From Nitrosopumilus sp. (GTDB lineage Archaea > Thermoproteota > Nitrososphaeria > Nitrososphaerales > Nitrosopumilaceae): DNA of 64,000 nt. Position 1 is the stretch's first letter. Each line of letters opens with the position of its first letter. The DNA is taken from positions 608,001 through 672,000 of the forward strand of contig OZ241857.1 in the NCBI GenBank assembly GCA_965203315.1, read 5' to 3'. A program made the translations under genes and the position numbers. This document shows, one piece after another, positions 1 through 9,284 of the stretch. The notes beneath the pieces were generated by a model. That model was not told where the DNA came from. It saw only the letters and a program-made list of their open reading frames with translations, and did no database searches.

Positions 1-434
1 CTAGATGTAGTACCGGGCGATACTAGCTGACCCGTAGATATTGCACCACCAAGTGACGTCTGTCGTATATTGTGCGACATTGATGCAAAGAACTCTAGTC
101 GCAATAGTTTAGAGTATATCATGCCAAGTATGGACTGCTTTGGTCTTTGTACGACGATAGTCTTACCTATAGATATCTGTGGTAACCACCTAGTGTCGAT
201 ATTTGGTACAAACAACATTGCAGCACCTACACATATCACGGCTAGTGATGGTACGATATCTCCTGCAATGCCAAGTATGACACCTACAAACAGCAGCACA
301 CACGACACACCATATGTCATCTGCATCACTAGACCTATGCCTTTATCGGTACTAGATACAGTTGCGTGAGATGTGTCTGTACTACCATGTACAGCTGTCC
401 CAGATATATCCACATCAGATTTTGAACTAGCCAT
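1..434 (-). CDS. Partial membrane protein, probable FlaJ/TadC-like pilus platform protein (runs off window start)
   Basis: Open frame read by hand from ATG at 434 (MASSKSDVDISG...) overlapping the ATPase stop. Two hydrophobic segments (YGVSCVLLFVGVILGIAG; SLAVICVGAAMLFV). Function inferred only from its position downstream of the secretion ATPase. Confidence 0.45.
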   Translation of the reverse strand, partial: MASSKSDVDISGTAVHGSTDTSHATVSSTDKGIGLVMQMTYGVSCVLLFVGVILGIAGDIVPSLAVICVGAAMLFVPNIDTRWLPQISIGKTIVVQRPKQSILGMIYSKLLRLEFFASMSHNIRQTSLGGAISTGQLVSPGTTS

Positions 435-1986
435 ATTTGGACAATATCTCCATTACTTGTCTAGGTGTGTATGCATTATGTTCGATACATCGCTCCAACA
501 GACTTTTTCTATAGTATAGATCGTCTCGTATGGTACTTGACGCATCTAGTTTTGATATGTATCTCAATTTCTTACTCTTTTGTAATATGTCATTGATGTC
601 AGCACCTTCAAATGTATCAGATAGCGCGTCATATTTTGCCAAGTTTATCAACTCTATTGTTGTACCGTTCCAGTGTACCTCATCAAAAGAGATACACTTG
701 CGTATGTGTCGTTTGTCTTTACCTATTATTACTGCCATATGTAAGATAAACCAGAGATGTGCAAATGATGCAGGATGTACGTCTAATTCTGTGGTAATAC
801 GAGATACTGCAGTATCTGCAGAACTAGCATGGAAAGAGGATAGTGAGCTGTGTCCAGTACTCATCACCTCGAATAGATTTTTAGTTGATCTTCCACGAAC
901 CTCACCTACTGCAATCATGTCTGGTCTGTGTCGTAGTACGGCATTGAGTAATTCAGCAAATTTTTCAGTATATTGTGGAGATGTTATAGGTACATCGATA
1001 GATAGTGGAGACCAATCAAACTGTGGAATGGCTAGCTCGGCAGCATCCTCTATACTCATTATTTTAGATGATCTATGTAGTAAAGGAAATAGAGTATTTA
1101 GAAACGACGACTTGCCAGCACCTGTACCACCTATTATCAGACCAGTACCCCTAAAGTCCAACATCTTCCAGATTACTGCTATGACGTCTATCGGTATGAC
1201 GTTTTGTTGTAACATGTGCGATATTGTAAATGGTTTGTCTGCCTTGAGACGTATCGATAGAGACGGTACACCAGACATTGTTATCTCGTCAGATATTATT
1301 GCAACTCGATATCGTTCCCCTAGATGAAAGTCAATTATTGGATCAGAAGACGATATATGTTTGCCGCCCATTCTAGAAATACGTTCAAGAAATACGTTCA
1401 TGTGTTGTATAGTCTTGAATCGAACATTTGATCGCAGTACCTTTTGTTCTAGATAGTCTCGATGTATTACACCTACGGATGTATAATCGGAACATGTAAT
1501 GTCTTCGAGATGTTCAGAGTCTTTCATCATTGTATCAAGTATCTCGTATCCAAGGATATCTCGATTCACATAGTACTGGAATGTCTTATAGTTTCGATTT
1601 AATACGTCTAGGAGTCCTAGTTCGTCTGCCGCACTCTTTATCGATGTCATTAATTGATCTAAACTAGTATGTGTAGGATCTGCATGTAACAGCTGTTTAT
1701 AGTCCATTATTGTATCGTATGCGTGTTTATCTTGAATAGTGCGAAACTGTGGCTCTGATACCAGATACTGATGGTCTTGTGTTATTGTAACTGTCGCTGC
1801 ACCTATATCATATCTATCCAGATAGTCATGTACATCAGCTGTAAATGTGCTAGTCTCAAAGATCTCTTTGTCTGGTTTGGATTTGATCTCTTTTCCAGTA
1901 TCGTGTGTTTTATCGTTGTGTGTACCGTTATCTTGTACGGTGTCTTTGAGCTGTGACTTTCTCTTGAGTGATAACTTGAACTTCAA
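427..1986 (-). CDS. Type II/IV secretion ATPase (FlaI/TadA/VirB11 family)
   Basis: Walker A GGTGAGKSS, Asp box SIEDAAEL, LRHRPDMIAVGEVRG Walker B region, His box TGHSSLSSFHA. YYVNRDILGY...EDITC is typical of archaeal FlaI-like ATPases. Confidence 0.93.
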   Translation of the reverse strand: MKFKLSLKRKSQLKDTVQDNGTHNDKTHDTGKEIKSKPDKEIFETSTFTADVHDYLDRYDIGAATVTITQDHQYLVSEPQFRTIQDKHAYDTIMDYKQLLHADPTHTSLDQLMTSIKSAADELGLLDVLNRNYKTFQYYVNRDILGYEILDTMMKDSEHLEDITCSDYTSVGVIHRDYLEQKVLRSNVRFKTIQHMNVFLERISRMGGKHISSSDPIIDFHLGERYRVAIISDEITMSGVPSLSIRLKADKPFTISHMLQQNVIPIDVIAVIWKMLDFRGTGLIIGGTGAGKSSFLNTLFPLLHRSSKIMSIEDAAELAIPQFDWSPLSIDVPITSPQYTEKFAELLNAVLRHRPDMIAVGEVRGRSTKNLFEVMSTGHSSLSSFHASSADTAVSRITTELDVHPASFAHLWFILHMAVIIGKDKRHIRKCISFDEVHWNGTTIELINLAKYDALSDTFEGADINDILQKSKKLRYISKLDASSTIRDDLYYRKSLLERCIEHNAYTPRQVMEILSKYG

Positions 1987-2660
1987 TTCACTACACCCAC
2001 TATACCAGTAACGACAAGCCAGATTATTGCAAACGATATTGTACTGTATACAAACTGTGGATGAGCCGAAAAGACATACTTTGTAGTGTCGTCTAGTCTG
2101 TTGTCTCGACGTATGGATAGGATTATCTTGTTTGGTGTATCCACATACGATGTTGTATCTGTTGTCTTTTGAGCAGAGAGTACAAATCTATCTCTGTCAC
2201 GTCTGCGTCTAGCTAGAAAGAACCAGTATAGTTTGTGTCTAGGTTTCTGTTTGTATACATCTTGGAATAGTTGTTTATCATGTATGATATCTGATACATT
2301 GTACGATACGTTTGATAGTGTAATGCCCCATGCTTGTATAATCAGTGTCAGTATCAATATCGGCAGCCCAGTAGGAATCGGACCTATATTTGGCACTGCA
2401 AAGGATAGTATCAGGATTCCCAGTAGATCAGCTGTGCCAAAGAGTCTAGCTAGATACGCAATAAATACAAAGATGGCAGATACTCCAAACATCACAATAT
2501 CAGACACAAGATAGTCTAGTGCAAATACCATCTTGTTTAGTGCGACAAATGTAGCTAGTCCAACAAACCAGTACAACTTGATCTCTCGATGTTTGATATC
2601 CAGTACAGCAAATCCACAAAAAGCACAAAACATCACAAATGCTAGTACCTCTGAATACAT
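1983..2660 (-). CDS. A24-family prepilin peptidase (PibD/FlaK-like)
   Basis: Polytopic membrane protein with N-terminal DIKHREI and FGTAD aspartate motifs. Stop overlaps the ATPase start. Confidence 0.8.
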   Translation of the reverse strand: MYSEVLAFVMFCAFCGFAVLDIKHREIKLYWFVGLATFVALNKMVFALDYLVSDIVMFGVSAIFVFIAYLARLFGTADLLGILILSFAVPNIGPIPTGLPILILTLIIQAWGITLSNVSYNVSDIIHDKQLFQDVYKQKPRHKLYWFFLARRRRDRDRFVLSAQKTTDTTSYVDTPNKIILSIRRDNRLDDTTKYVFSAHPQFVYSTISFAIIWLVVTGIVGVVN

Positions 2661-2795
2661 GTCATGTTGAATAAAATTTGGTTTTAAGGTAGATCAAGAT
2701 GTTTTGAAATGTACTATTCTGTCGAGATTATCTCTGATGGCATTAGCGACTAGATTTAGAGATATGAAGAGTCAGAGATATCTAGTATCGAGATG

Positions 2796-2880
2796 TGTAC
2801 ACGATGGGGTTTGAGTCCATAGAGATCTAGAATATTGTGTTGGAGACGAGTCCCATTTAACCGTGCTCTAGCACATGCCC
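2796..2880 (-). tRNA. Degenerate class II (long variable arm) tRNA-like sequence, probable pseudo-tRNA
   Basis: Minus strand reads GGGCATG TG CTAGAGCACGGTTAAATGGG...ATGGA CTCAAAC CCCAT CGTGTAC A, 85 nt. Acceptor stem pairs 6/7 with G-U, D-loop is Leu/Ser-like, T-arm pairs 4/5 with a TTCAAAT-like loop. Anticodon stem is poorly paired. Confidence 0.5.
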
Positions 2881-3054
2881 CAAAAATCAATACGACCATA
2901 CGCCTATTGGTATCTATTGCCGACAAGTTGTACTTTACAATTTAGTAAAGGTGTTCTAGACCCTTTTGTACACTTTGTGTACTTGATGTGAATCGTGAAC
3001 TTGTAGTATTCACTAGATCTCTTTGCATTGATCCTTTGGCATTCCACTCATCTA

Positions 3055-5775
3055 TTAGTGAGTTGGATACTCTTCTATCGTCGTCTTTGCTTTGACCATT
3101 TTAGCATATTCAATTAACAGAAACTCTAGTCGCTCATCATCATCTTTGAAGGGCTCTTTACGGTATAGTCTCTCAACGGCTCTATCGAGTTTCTGATGTG
3201 CTTTGAGTAGATCTGGATACATGGTATTTGGATAGTATAGATCAGCTAGAGATGAGGTACTGTATTTAGCTCGTATATCTAGTATGTTTTGGGCGAGTTT
3301 CTCTAGTTTGTCTAACGGCTTGTTTGGAACAGGAAACGTGTTATACACTATGCCTTTCGAATATCTGAATCTGTTATCTAGTCTACCACCAATAACAGAT
3401 AACCAAACCATGTGCATCCTTGATGTCAATAGTCCAAAGAGACCCATGGTGGCATCTTGTACAATCAGAGTAGCATCACTAGGTATTATTGGCGGTTCAA
3501 CGAATCCAATTGGGACATATCTGCGGTTTTCAGAACTGACTCTAGGCACCAGCAAATATGGTTTATTTGGAATTACATTGAGATGATATAACCTTGGCGT
3601 CTCACTTAACTTTCTAGTAGTTTCATCGGGACTGTTTGCTCTGAATTCAGCTACTTTTTTGATTCTTTCTAATACTTTTGGCATACTCTTTAATTGTTTT
3701 GGAGATGTGTCATGTAATGTAAGAATATATCTCATATTGTTGTTAATAAAATCATCAGCTGATAAATATGGTCTAAGTAGATGTTTTGCGCGTGGTTCTT
3801 TTCTTAGAAATTCAATCTTTTTTTGTTTTGTGAATATATAATTTCCATCATCAATAGGCTTAGAACCCATAATCATTTTAGGTAAACCATTGATTGCTTT
3901 TGTTGAGGTTGATACGATTGGCAGTCTTGTTGATGCTTCAATCAAATATGGAGAAATGTGTGGTGTCTCTTTTACATCATCTTTGTGATATAGATATCTT
4001 GTATCATTTGGATTTTTGGATAATCCAATTATGACTACCGTTACAGCAGCTGTGTTCTTTGTTTCAGAACTCCACAAGAATGGCTTGTACGCAAAGATGA
4101 TATCTAGTTTGCAATGATCTAGAAGAATCTGCCATAACTGACCTACCTGTTCACCATGAGTGATGCTCTTTGTGCTGACGAATCCAATCTTGGTATGGTT
4201 TTTGGCATACTGCCCAGCCCTGATAAACCACCCAGAGACAAAATCTAACGTACCGCCTTTAACTTTGAATGGTTTAGTCAATTGTTTTATCTGATTGCGT
4301 TGCTCTTCTGTTGACTGTTTAGAACCACTAAATGGAGGATTACCCAAGATATAGTCACAGTCATCAGATAATAGTATATCATTCCAATCTGCAATCAATG
4401 CGTCCGTACATGTGATGTACGGTTTCTTTGATAATGGCAATCTGTATCGTGTTGGCTCAAACATTGCATTCAACTCAAGATTCATAAGATGATCCATCAT
4501 CCAGAGTGAAACCTCTGCTATCTTTGCAGAGAATCTTGCTAATTCTATGCCATAAAATTGATGAACGTTTATTTGAGATTTAATCTCAGTTGTATCGTCT
4601 AGCTGTTTTAATTTGTATAGTATCTTGTGTTCTAGTTTGCGTAACTCTCTATACGTAATTGACAGAAAATTTCCACTTCCACAAGCAGGGTCTAGAAATT
4701 TAAGACTAGATAGTTTGTGTTGTAGTTGTTTATACAGTTCTAGCTTGTTTGAATCATCAGATGTTACAATATCGTTAAATTCTTGATATAGTTGTGTCAG
4801 GAATAAGGGCCTTGTCACTTTTAGAATGTTCTCTTCCGTGGTATAGTGTGCGCCAATCTCTCTACGAGCATCTTGATCCATAACATTTTGAAACATGGAA
4901 CCGAATATCACAGGTGATACTTTTGACCAATCATAATCACTAGCTTGTATTAGTAATTTACGTGTCTCAGAGGTAAACTCTGGAAATTGAACGTCCGTGT
5001 GATCAAATAGTGCACCATCAATGTATTGGAATTGCTTGAGATTTGAATGCAAATTTTTTGGTCTACGACTATTTGGTGTATCCAAGATATCAAATAGATA
5101 TTTGAGATGCATTCCTAAATCCGAACCATCTGATTTTGTATCTTTGACATATTGCTGAAATGACTTGTGTTCAAATATTCCTGTATTGTCAGCAAATAAA
5201 CAAAATGCAATTCGAGTCAAGAAAAATTCCACAGATCCGCCTTTCTCAAAACTACCTTTCTTTAAAGAATCAAAGATGTCTGCCATTATTTCACCTGCCT
5301 TTTCATTTACAGGATCTGTCTCCACCATGTTGGGTTTGTCTACCATAAACCCAAATAGTCCAATTTTGTCTGGTAGATCTGCCAGAGTAAACTCATAGGT
5401 AGAATTATCCTCTTTGTATTGCAAATACCACTTTTCAAAATTACATGCTAGAACGAATCTAGGTATTTCATCGTATCGTAGTTTCGGATAGTATTCCAGA
5501 GCCTGTTCCATTGCTGAATACACGTCTTTGTCTTTGCTCTTCATCTCTACTAATAGTATGCCTGGCCATATCAGATCGACTCTTGTCTTATCACCATTTG
5601 GATGTTCTTCAAATTTTGCACCGACAACACGACGATTCAGACGAAATATCTCAAAAAAGTCATTTAGAAACGTTTGAGCTTCTCCTAGCTCATACTTGTC
5701 ATTTTTATGTGATTCTACAAACTCTCTAGCACGTTGTTTGGCATCAGTGTGCCAGTCCGTGGTGAGTGCCGTTAT
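3055..5775 (-). CDS. MmeI-family Type IIL restriction-modification enzyme (nuclease + N6-adenine MTase + TRD)
   Basis: LDPACGSGNF (motif I), GNPPF (motif IV), GAHYTTEENI, and an MmeI-like C-terminus. The frame stays open 77 codons upstream of the annotated ATG (5544) and encodes EAQTFLNDFF...VDLIWPGILLVEMKS, the MmeI nuclease domain. The only start-like codon there is ATA at 5775. Confidence 0.9.
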   Translation of the reverse strand: MTALTTDWHTDAKQRAREFVESHKNDKYELGEAQTFLNDFFEIFRLNRRVVGAKFEEHPNGDKTRVDLIWPGILLVEMKSKDKDVYSAMEQALEYYPKLRYDEIPRFVLACNFEKWYLQYKEDNSTYEFTLADLPDKIGLFGFMVDKPNMVETDPVNEKAGEIMADIFDSLKKGSFEKGGSVEFFLTRIAFCLFADNTGIFEHKSFQQYVKDTKSDGSDLGMHLKYLFDILDTPNSRRPKNLHSNLKQFQYIDGALFDHTDVQFPEFTSETRKLLIQASDYDWSKVSPVIFGSMFQNVMDQDARREIGAHYTTEENILKVTRPLFLTQLYQEFNDIVTSDDSNKLELYKQLQHKLSSLKFLDPACGSGNFLSITYRELRKLEHKILYKLKQLDDTTEIKSQINVHQFYGIELARFSAKIAEVSLWMMDHLMNLELNAMFEPTRYRLPLSKKPYITCTDALIADWNDILLSDDCDYILGNPPFSGSKQSTEEQRNQIKQLTKPFKVKGGTLDFVSGWFIRAGQYAKNHTKIGFVSTKSITHGEQVGQLWQILLDHCKLDIIFAYKPFLWSSETKNTAAVTVVIIGLSKNPNDTRYLYHKDDVKETPHISPYLIEASTRLPIVSTSTKAINGLPKMIMGSKPIDDGNYIFTKQKKIEFLRKEPRAKHLLRPYLSADDFINNNMRYILTLHDTSPKQLKSMPKVLERIKKVAEFRANSPDETTRKLSETPRLYHLNVIPNKPYLLVPRVSSENRRYVPIGFVEPPIIPSDATLIVQDATMGLFGLLTSRMHMVWLSVIGGRLDNRFRYSKGIVYNTFPVPNKPLDKLEKLAQNILDIRAKYSTSSLADLYYPNTMYPDLLKAHQKLDRAVERLYRKEPFKDDDERLEFLLIEYAKMVKAKTTIEEYPTH

Positions 5776-5881
5776 GGGACACCCCTAGTCAGAAATTTGT
5801 TATCTGCTGTATGATACTTTATGGCTACGGAGGTTAACGCAACTGGTTTATTGTTTGACATCAGACAACAACCCGATTGTA

Positions 5882-6688
5882 TCAACCTGTATTATCGCGT
5901 AGTTCCAGATTCTCGGTCTCTAGGTCTTCGATCTTTTTCTTGGCATCGTTTAGTTCTTGAGTAAGTTTCTCTATGGTAAGTTGTTGTTCATTAGAAGTTG
6001 TGTTCATGATTTGATACAGTCGTTGCAGTTCAGATAGTTCATCTGTGATTCTATCTTTGTCATCATTACAAGCTCCATGTTTGTTCTTGAGTTCTTTATT
6101 CTTGTCTTTGAGTTTCTGGATTTGTTCATTAGATACTGATTCTGTTCTATCTGGTTGATTGTTTGGTGTCAAGTTGAATGTTCTTGAAATAAGATTTATG
6201 ATTTCTTGTTTCGTTAATTTTGTTGTTTTTAATTGGTTTGATTCATCAGGAAAATTCCATGTTATAGGTTTAAGCCGCATCATATCCGTAGTATATTTAC
6301 CGTCGATATAATCACCTACATTTCCACACAATGGGTATCCGTTATTATCACCAAATCCTCCAATACTCATATAATCAGGAATAATCACACCATGAAAATG
6401 AATAATATCCTTTTTATCACCTCTGGCAAGATCATAATCACCAACAACCTTTACTCCTTCATGTTCACTATGTTCAAAATGGTTTCTAAAGAAGTTATAG
6501 GAGGTTTCAATCTGCGTTATATTAACAAAATGAATATATCTAGATGTAAACTCTATTGTACTTGTATCACATGTGGATATTATTAATCCTAAATCTACTT
6601 CTTGATATGATTCTGCTTCAGCGTTATCGACTAGACCCATAACTCCAATAAGAGATACTACAGCAAGACCCAAGATTAGAACATTCAT
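5882..6688 (-). CDS. Secreted protein with C-terminal coiled coil (paralog family with 35378-36358 and 55172-55555)
   Basis: Signal peptide (MNVLILGLAVVSLIGVMG...AEA) and heptad-rich tail LTIEKLTQELNDAKKKIEDLE. Confidence 0.75.
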   Translation of the reverse strand: MNVLILGLAVVSLIGVMGLVDNAEAESYQEVDLGLIISTCDTSTIEFTSRYIHFVNITQIETSYNFFRNHFEHSEHEGVKVVGDYDLARGDKKDIIHFHGVIIPDYMSIGGFGDNNGYPLCGNVGDYIDGKYTTDMMRLKPITWNFPDESNQLKTTKLTKQEIINLISRTFNLTPNNQPDRTESVSNEQIQKLKDKNKELKNKHGACNDDKDRITDELSELQRLYQIMNTTSNEQQLTIEKLTQELNDAKKKIEDLETENLELRDNTG

Positions 6689-6896
6689 TCTTACTTTTGA
6701 GAGATATGTCTGGTTATAAAAGTATGTGATTTTAATGATTGATTAGTGAATGAGAGATTAGTTGATCTCGAATGATCTCACCATATGAATGACATTCAAA
6801 GTAGCGTTCTCATATCTCATATTTTACAATCTTTCATGCTTAAAAACACAGTTCAAAGATTACACAGAATCGACACTCAATGCTTGACAGTCTGTT

Positions 6897-7694
6897 TCAT
6901 TCTTGTTCTGACTTTTCAGCCTTTTTGATGAGTTGCTCAAGTTCCTTAGCACGATGGAAAGATGGATCTAACTCAAGTACAATATTTATTGCCTCTGTTG
7001 CAGGTTTTGTTTGTCCAAGGGCATGTAACGCCGCAGCAAGAGTGTACAATGTTGGTAGATCATAGGCTTCCAGGTTGGTCACTTTTAAGCAGAGATCATA
7101 TGCTTCTTTGAATCTGTCTAGAAAAGTAAGTGCAAATGCTTTTTCTGCCAACAACCTAGCATCATCTGGCTTGATCAACAATCCCTGATCATAACACTCT
7201 AGTGCTTGCCCATATTCTCCGAGATCAATCATGATCTTTCCTTTATCGGCATACAGACCCGCATTAGCAGGATCTTCCAATGCTTTATCATAACAGTACA
7301 GTATAGACTCTACAAGTTTTTTGTCATTGGATTGGATATAAAGATGATGTAATGATGATCCTTTTATGGCATATGTAGTAGGATCTGCCATACCATTTTG
7401 CGTTGCTATGTCGATCCACTCTACTGCTTTATCATATATGCCACATTTGTGTAGCAAGTTTGCTTTATGAAGTGCCAACACTGGCGCAATAATACCATCA
7501 GCGTATCTCAATGACTTGTCAATGCATTTTATTGCTTGAGGGTATCTCTCAAGGTCCTTATAGCAGAATGATTTGACAAGATACAGTGCAAAATCTCCAG
7601 GATTTGTGTCTAGAGCTTTATCACATGCCGCCAACGCTTCTTCATATTTGCCTTGGTTCTCCAATCTGAATATGTTGTCCAATGATGGGTCCAT
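6897..7694 (-). CDS. Tetratricopeptide repeat protein
   Basis: Repeated TPR consensus (GKYEEALAACDKAL, GEYGQALECYDQGL). True start is probably ATG 7694 (MDPSLD), because the longer ORF runs into a TGTACA-repeat region. Paralog of 8111-8998. Confidence 0.85.
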   Translation of the reverse strand: MDPSLDNIFRLENQGKYEEALAACDKALDTNPGDFALYLVKSFCYKDLERYPQAIKCIDKSLRYADGIIAPVLALHKANLLHKCGIYDKAVEWIDIATQNGMADPTTYAIKGSSLHHLYIQSNDKKLVESILYCYDKALEDPANAGLYADKGKIMIDLGEYGQALECYDQGLLIKPDDARLLAEKAFALTFLDRFKEAYDLCLKVTNLEAYDLPTLYTLAAALHALGQTKPATEAINIVLELDPSFHRAKELEQLIKKAEKSEQE

Positions 7695-7890
7695 GTCATT
7701 ACTCAGTAAACTTACAATATTTCTTAAACTCACAAATATCGTCCCTTGGCTTGACTTTAAAGTCTTTTGTAAATTGTACATTTGTACAAATAGTACATTT
7801 GTACATATTGTACATGACATGTCAGAGTAATGTACCGTCAACAGGAATGAAGACTAGATTGTGTAGACTTTTCTTGGCAATCTGTACATA

Positions 7891-8091
7891 TACCAAAGTA
7901 CAAAAGTATCTTCCAATATGGCAATCCAAGAAACCATACATGTTTGTGAATATATACATCTTGTAATGACGGCGCATGTGTTATTTCTATAGGTAAAGAT
8001 TGTTCAAATGATGTCTTTTTGATTTCCGTAAGTAGATATTACGCACATACTAGTCTACGATCTAGTAGGAGAATACTTTTGCACTTTAGTA
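7891..8091. mobile_element. MITE (201 bp) of the IS630 family
   Basis: Terminal inverted repeats taccaaagtacaaaagtat / atacttttgcactttagta match the IS630 at 47281-48561, with TA on both flanks. Interior is homologous, in inverted orientation, to 63471-63681. Confidence 0.88.
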
Positions 8092-8110
8092 TAGAATAAA
8101 AATGTTTGAT

Positions 8111-8998
8111 TCAATTATTCTTTGATCTCAGTTTTGATTCGATCACACGTCTATATTTCTCGCCCTTGGGATTAAAAGGATCTAGATTTATTGCAGTATT
8201 TATGGTATCGAGTGCTTCATCATAGAGTTCTAGACTGTAAAACCTGGCACAAAGAGAATACAATATTTCAGGATCTTGTGGATCTAGTTTTGCCAGATAC
8301 CTGCAACATTTTCTTGATTCCTTGTTTTTACCAATACGATGTAGAGCTGTTGCCTTGTTTGTCAAAGTGTGTACATTGTCAGGACGTATTGACAGTTCCT
8401 CTTCGAAACATTCGATTGCCGCATCATATTTTTTTAGATCAAATAATAATAGTCCCTTGTTGTGTAGAACTTGGTCACTATAGCTACGTTTCGGATTCAG
8501 TAACATTTCATCAAATTCTTCAAGGTCATTATCTTGTAATGCTCTATCGTAATAGTATAGAATCGTTTCTGCAAGATTTCTGTCGGGAGATTTATTATAG
8601 GTATTATGTAGTACTAGTCCCTTAATACTAAACAGCATCGAATTCCCGTGTCCCTGTCGGATAGCTTTTTCTGCCAATTCTGCAGCCTCATCATCTCTTT
8701 CAAGATCATACATCAGTGAAGATTTCATACCAAGATACATTGATGTAATTAGACCACTAGAGTGCTGTATGGCCATATCAAAACATTCAACTGCTTTATC
8801 ATAATCTCCAACTTCTTGAAAATATGTGGATTTGAGCACATATGCAAACGAATCGTTTGGGTTCGCCTTTAACAGATCGTTACAAAAATCTAGTAACGCA
8901 TCAATATCATATTCTGGGTTTAGATTAGCTGTCTTTTCCAATATGTCAAACGCTCGTGCGTATTCACGTATATCGGGGTCAAATTTGTCCAGATTCAT
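8111..8998 (-). CDS. Tetratricopeptide repeat protein
   Basis: TPR consensus (GDYDKAVECFDMAI, KKYDAAIECFEEEL, LYDEALDTINTAINLDP). Tandem paralog of the downstream TPR gene. Confidence 0.88.
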   Translation of the reverse strand: MNLDKFDPDIREYARAFDILEKTANLNPEYDIDALLDFCNDLLKANPNDSFAYVLKSTYFQEVGDYDKAVECFDMAIQHSSGLITSMYLGMKSSLMYDLERDDEAAELAEKAIRQGHGNSMLFSIKGLVLHNTYNKSPDRNLAETILYYYDRALQDNDLEEFDEMLLNPKRSYSDQVLHNKGLLLFDLKKYDAAIECFEEELSIRPDNVHTLTNKATALHRIGKNKESRKCCRYLAKLDPQDPEILYSLCARFYSLELYDEALDTINTAINLDPFNPKGEKYRRVIESKLRSKNN

Positions 8999-9284
8999 AT
9001 TGTGTGATAATTTTCTCTTTTTTTAAAGTTTTATGAATTGTGTACCGATCAGGATTTGTATATCGCTGATACCCAAGATCCTAAACCTAGATGTCAGACC
9101 GTAGTTCAGAATCAAGATGTAGTCAATATATCAGCAACCACGAATCTTAATGTTGATAAACATCTACCAAGATAACTATGGTCATCGATCTGATGTAGAG
9201 ACGATGAACTTGTCTTTACGTCTGTGTCTGGAAAGCATGTTTTTGTAAGGCATATCATCGAAAAAGCACTAAATCTATGTGAGA

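Noticed and set aside
530-1327. Long plus-strand ORFs antisense to clear genes (also 19161-19730, 43384-43812, 55600-56001)
   Set aside because: Shadow frames of well-supported opposite-strand genes, with no motifs.
427-2660. Archaellum operon
   Set aside because: No archaellin, FlaH or chemotaxis genes are in the window. The context fits a generic type IV pilus or transfer module better.
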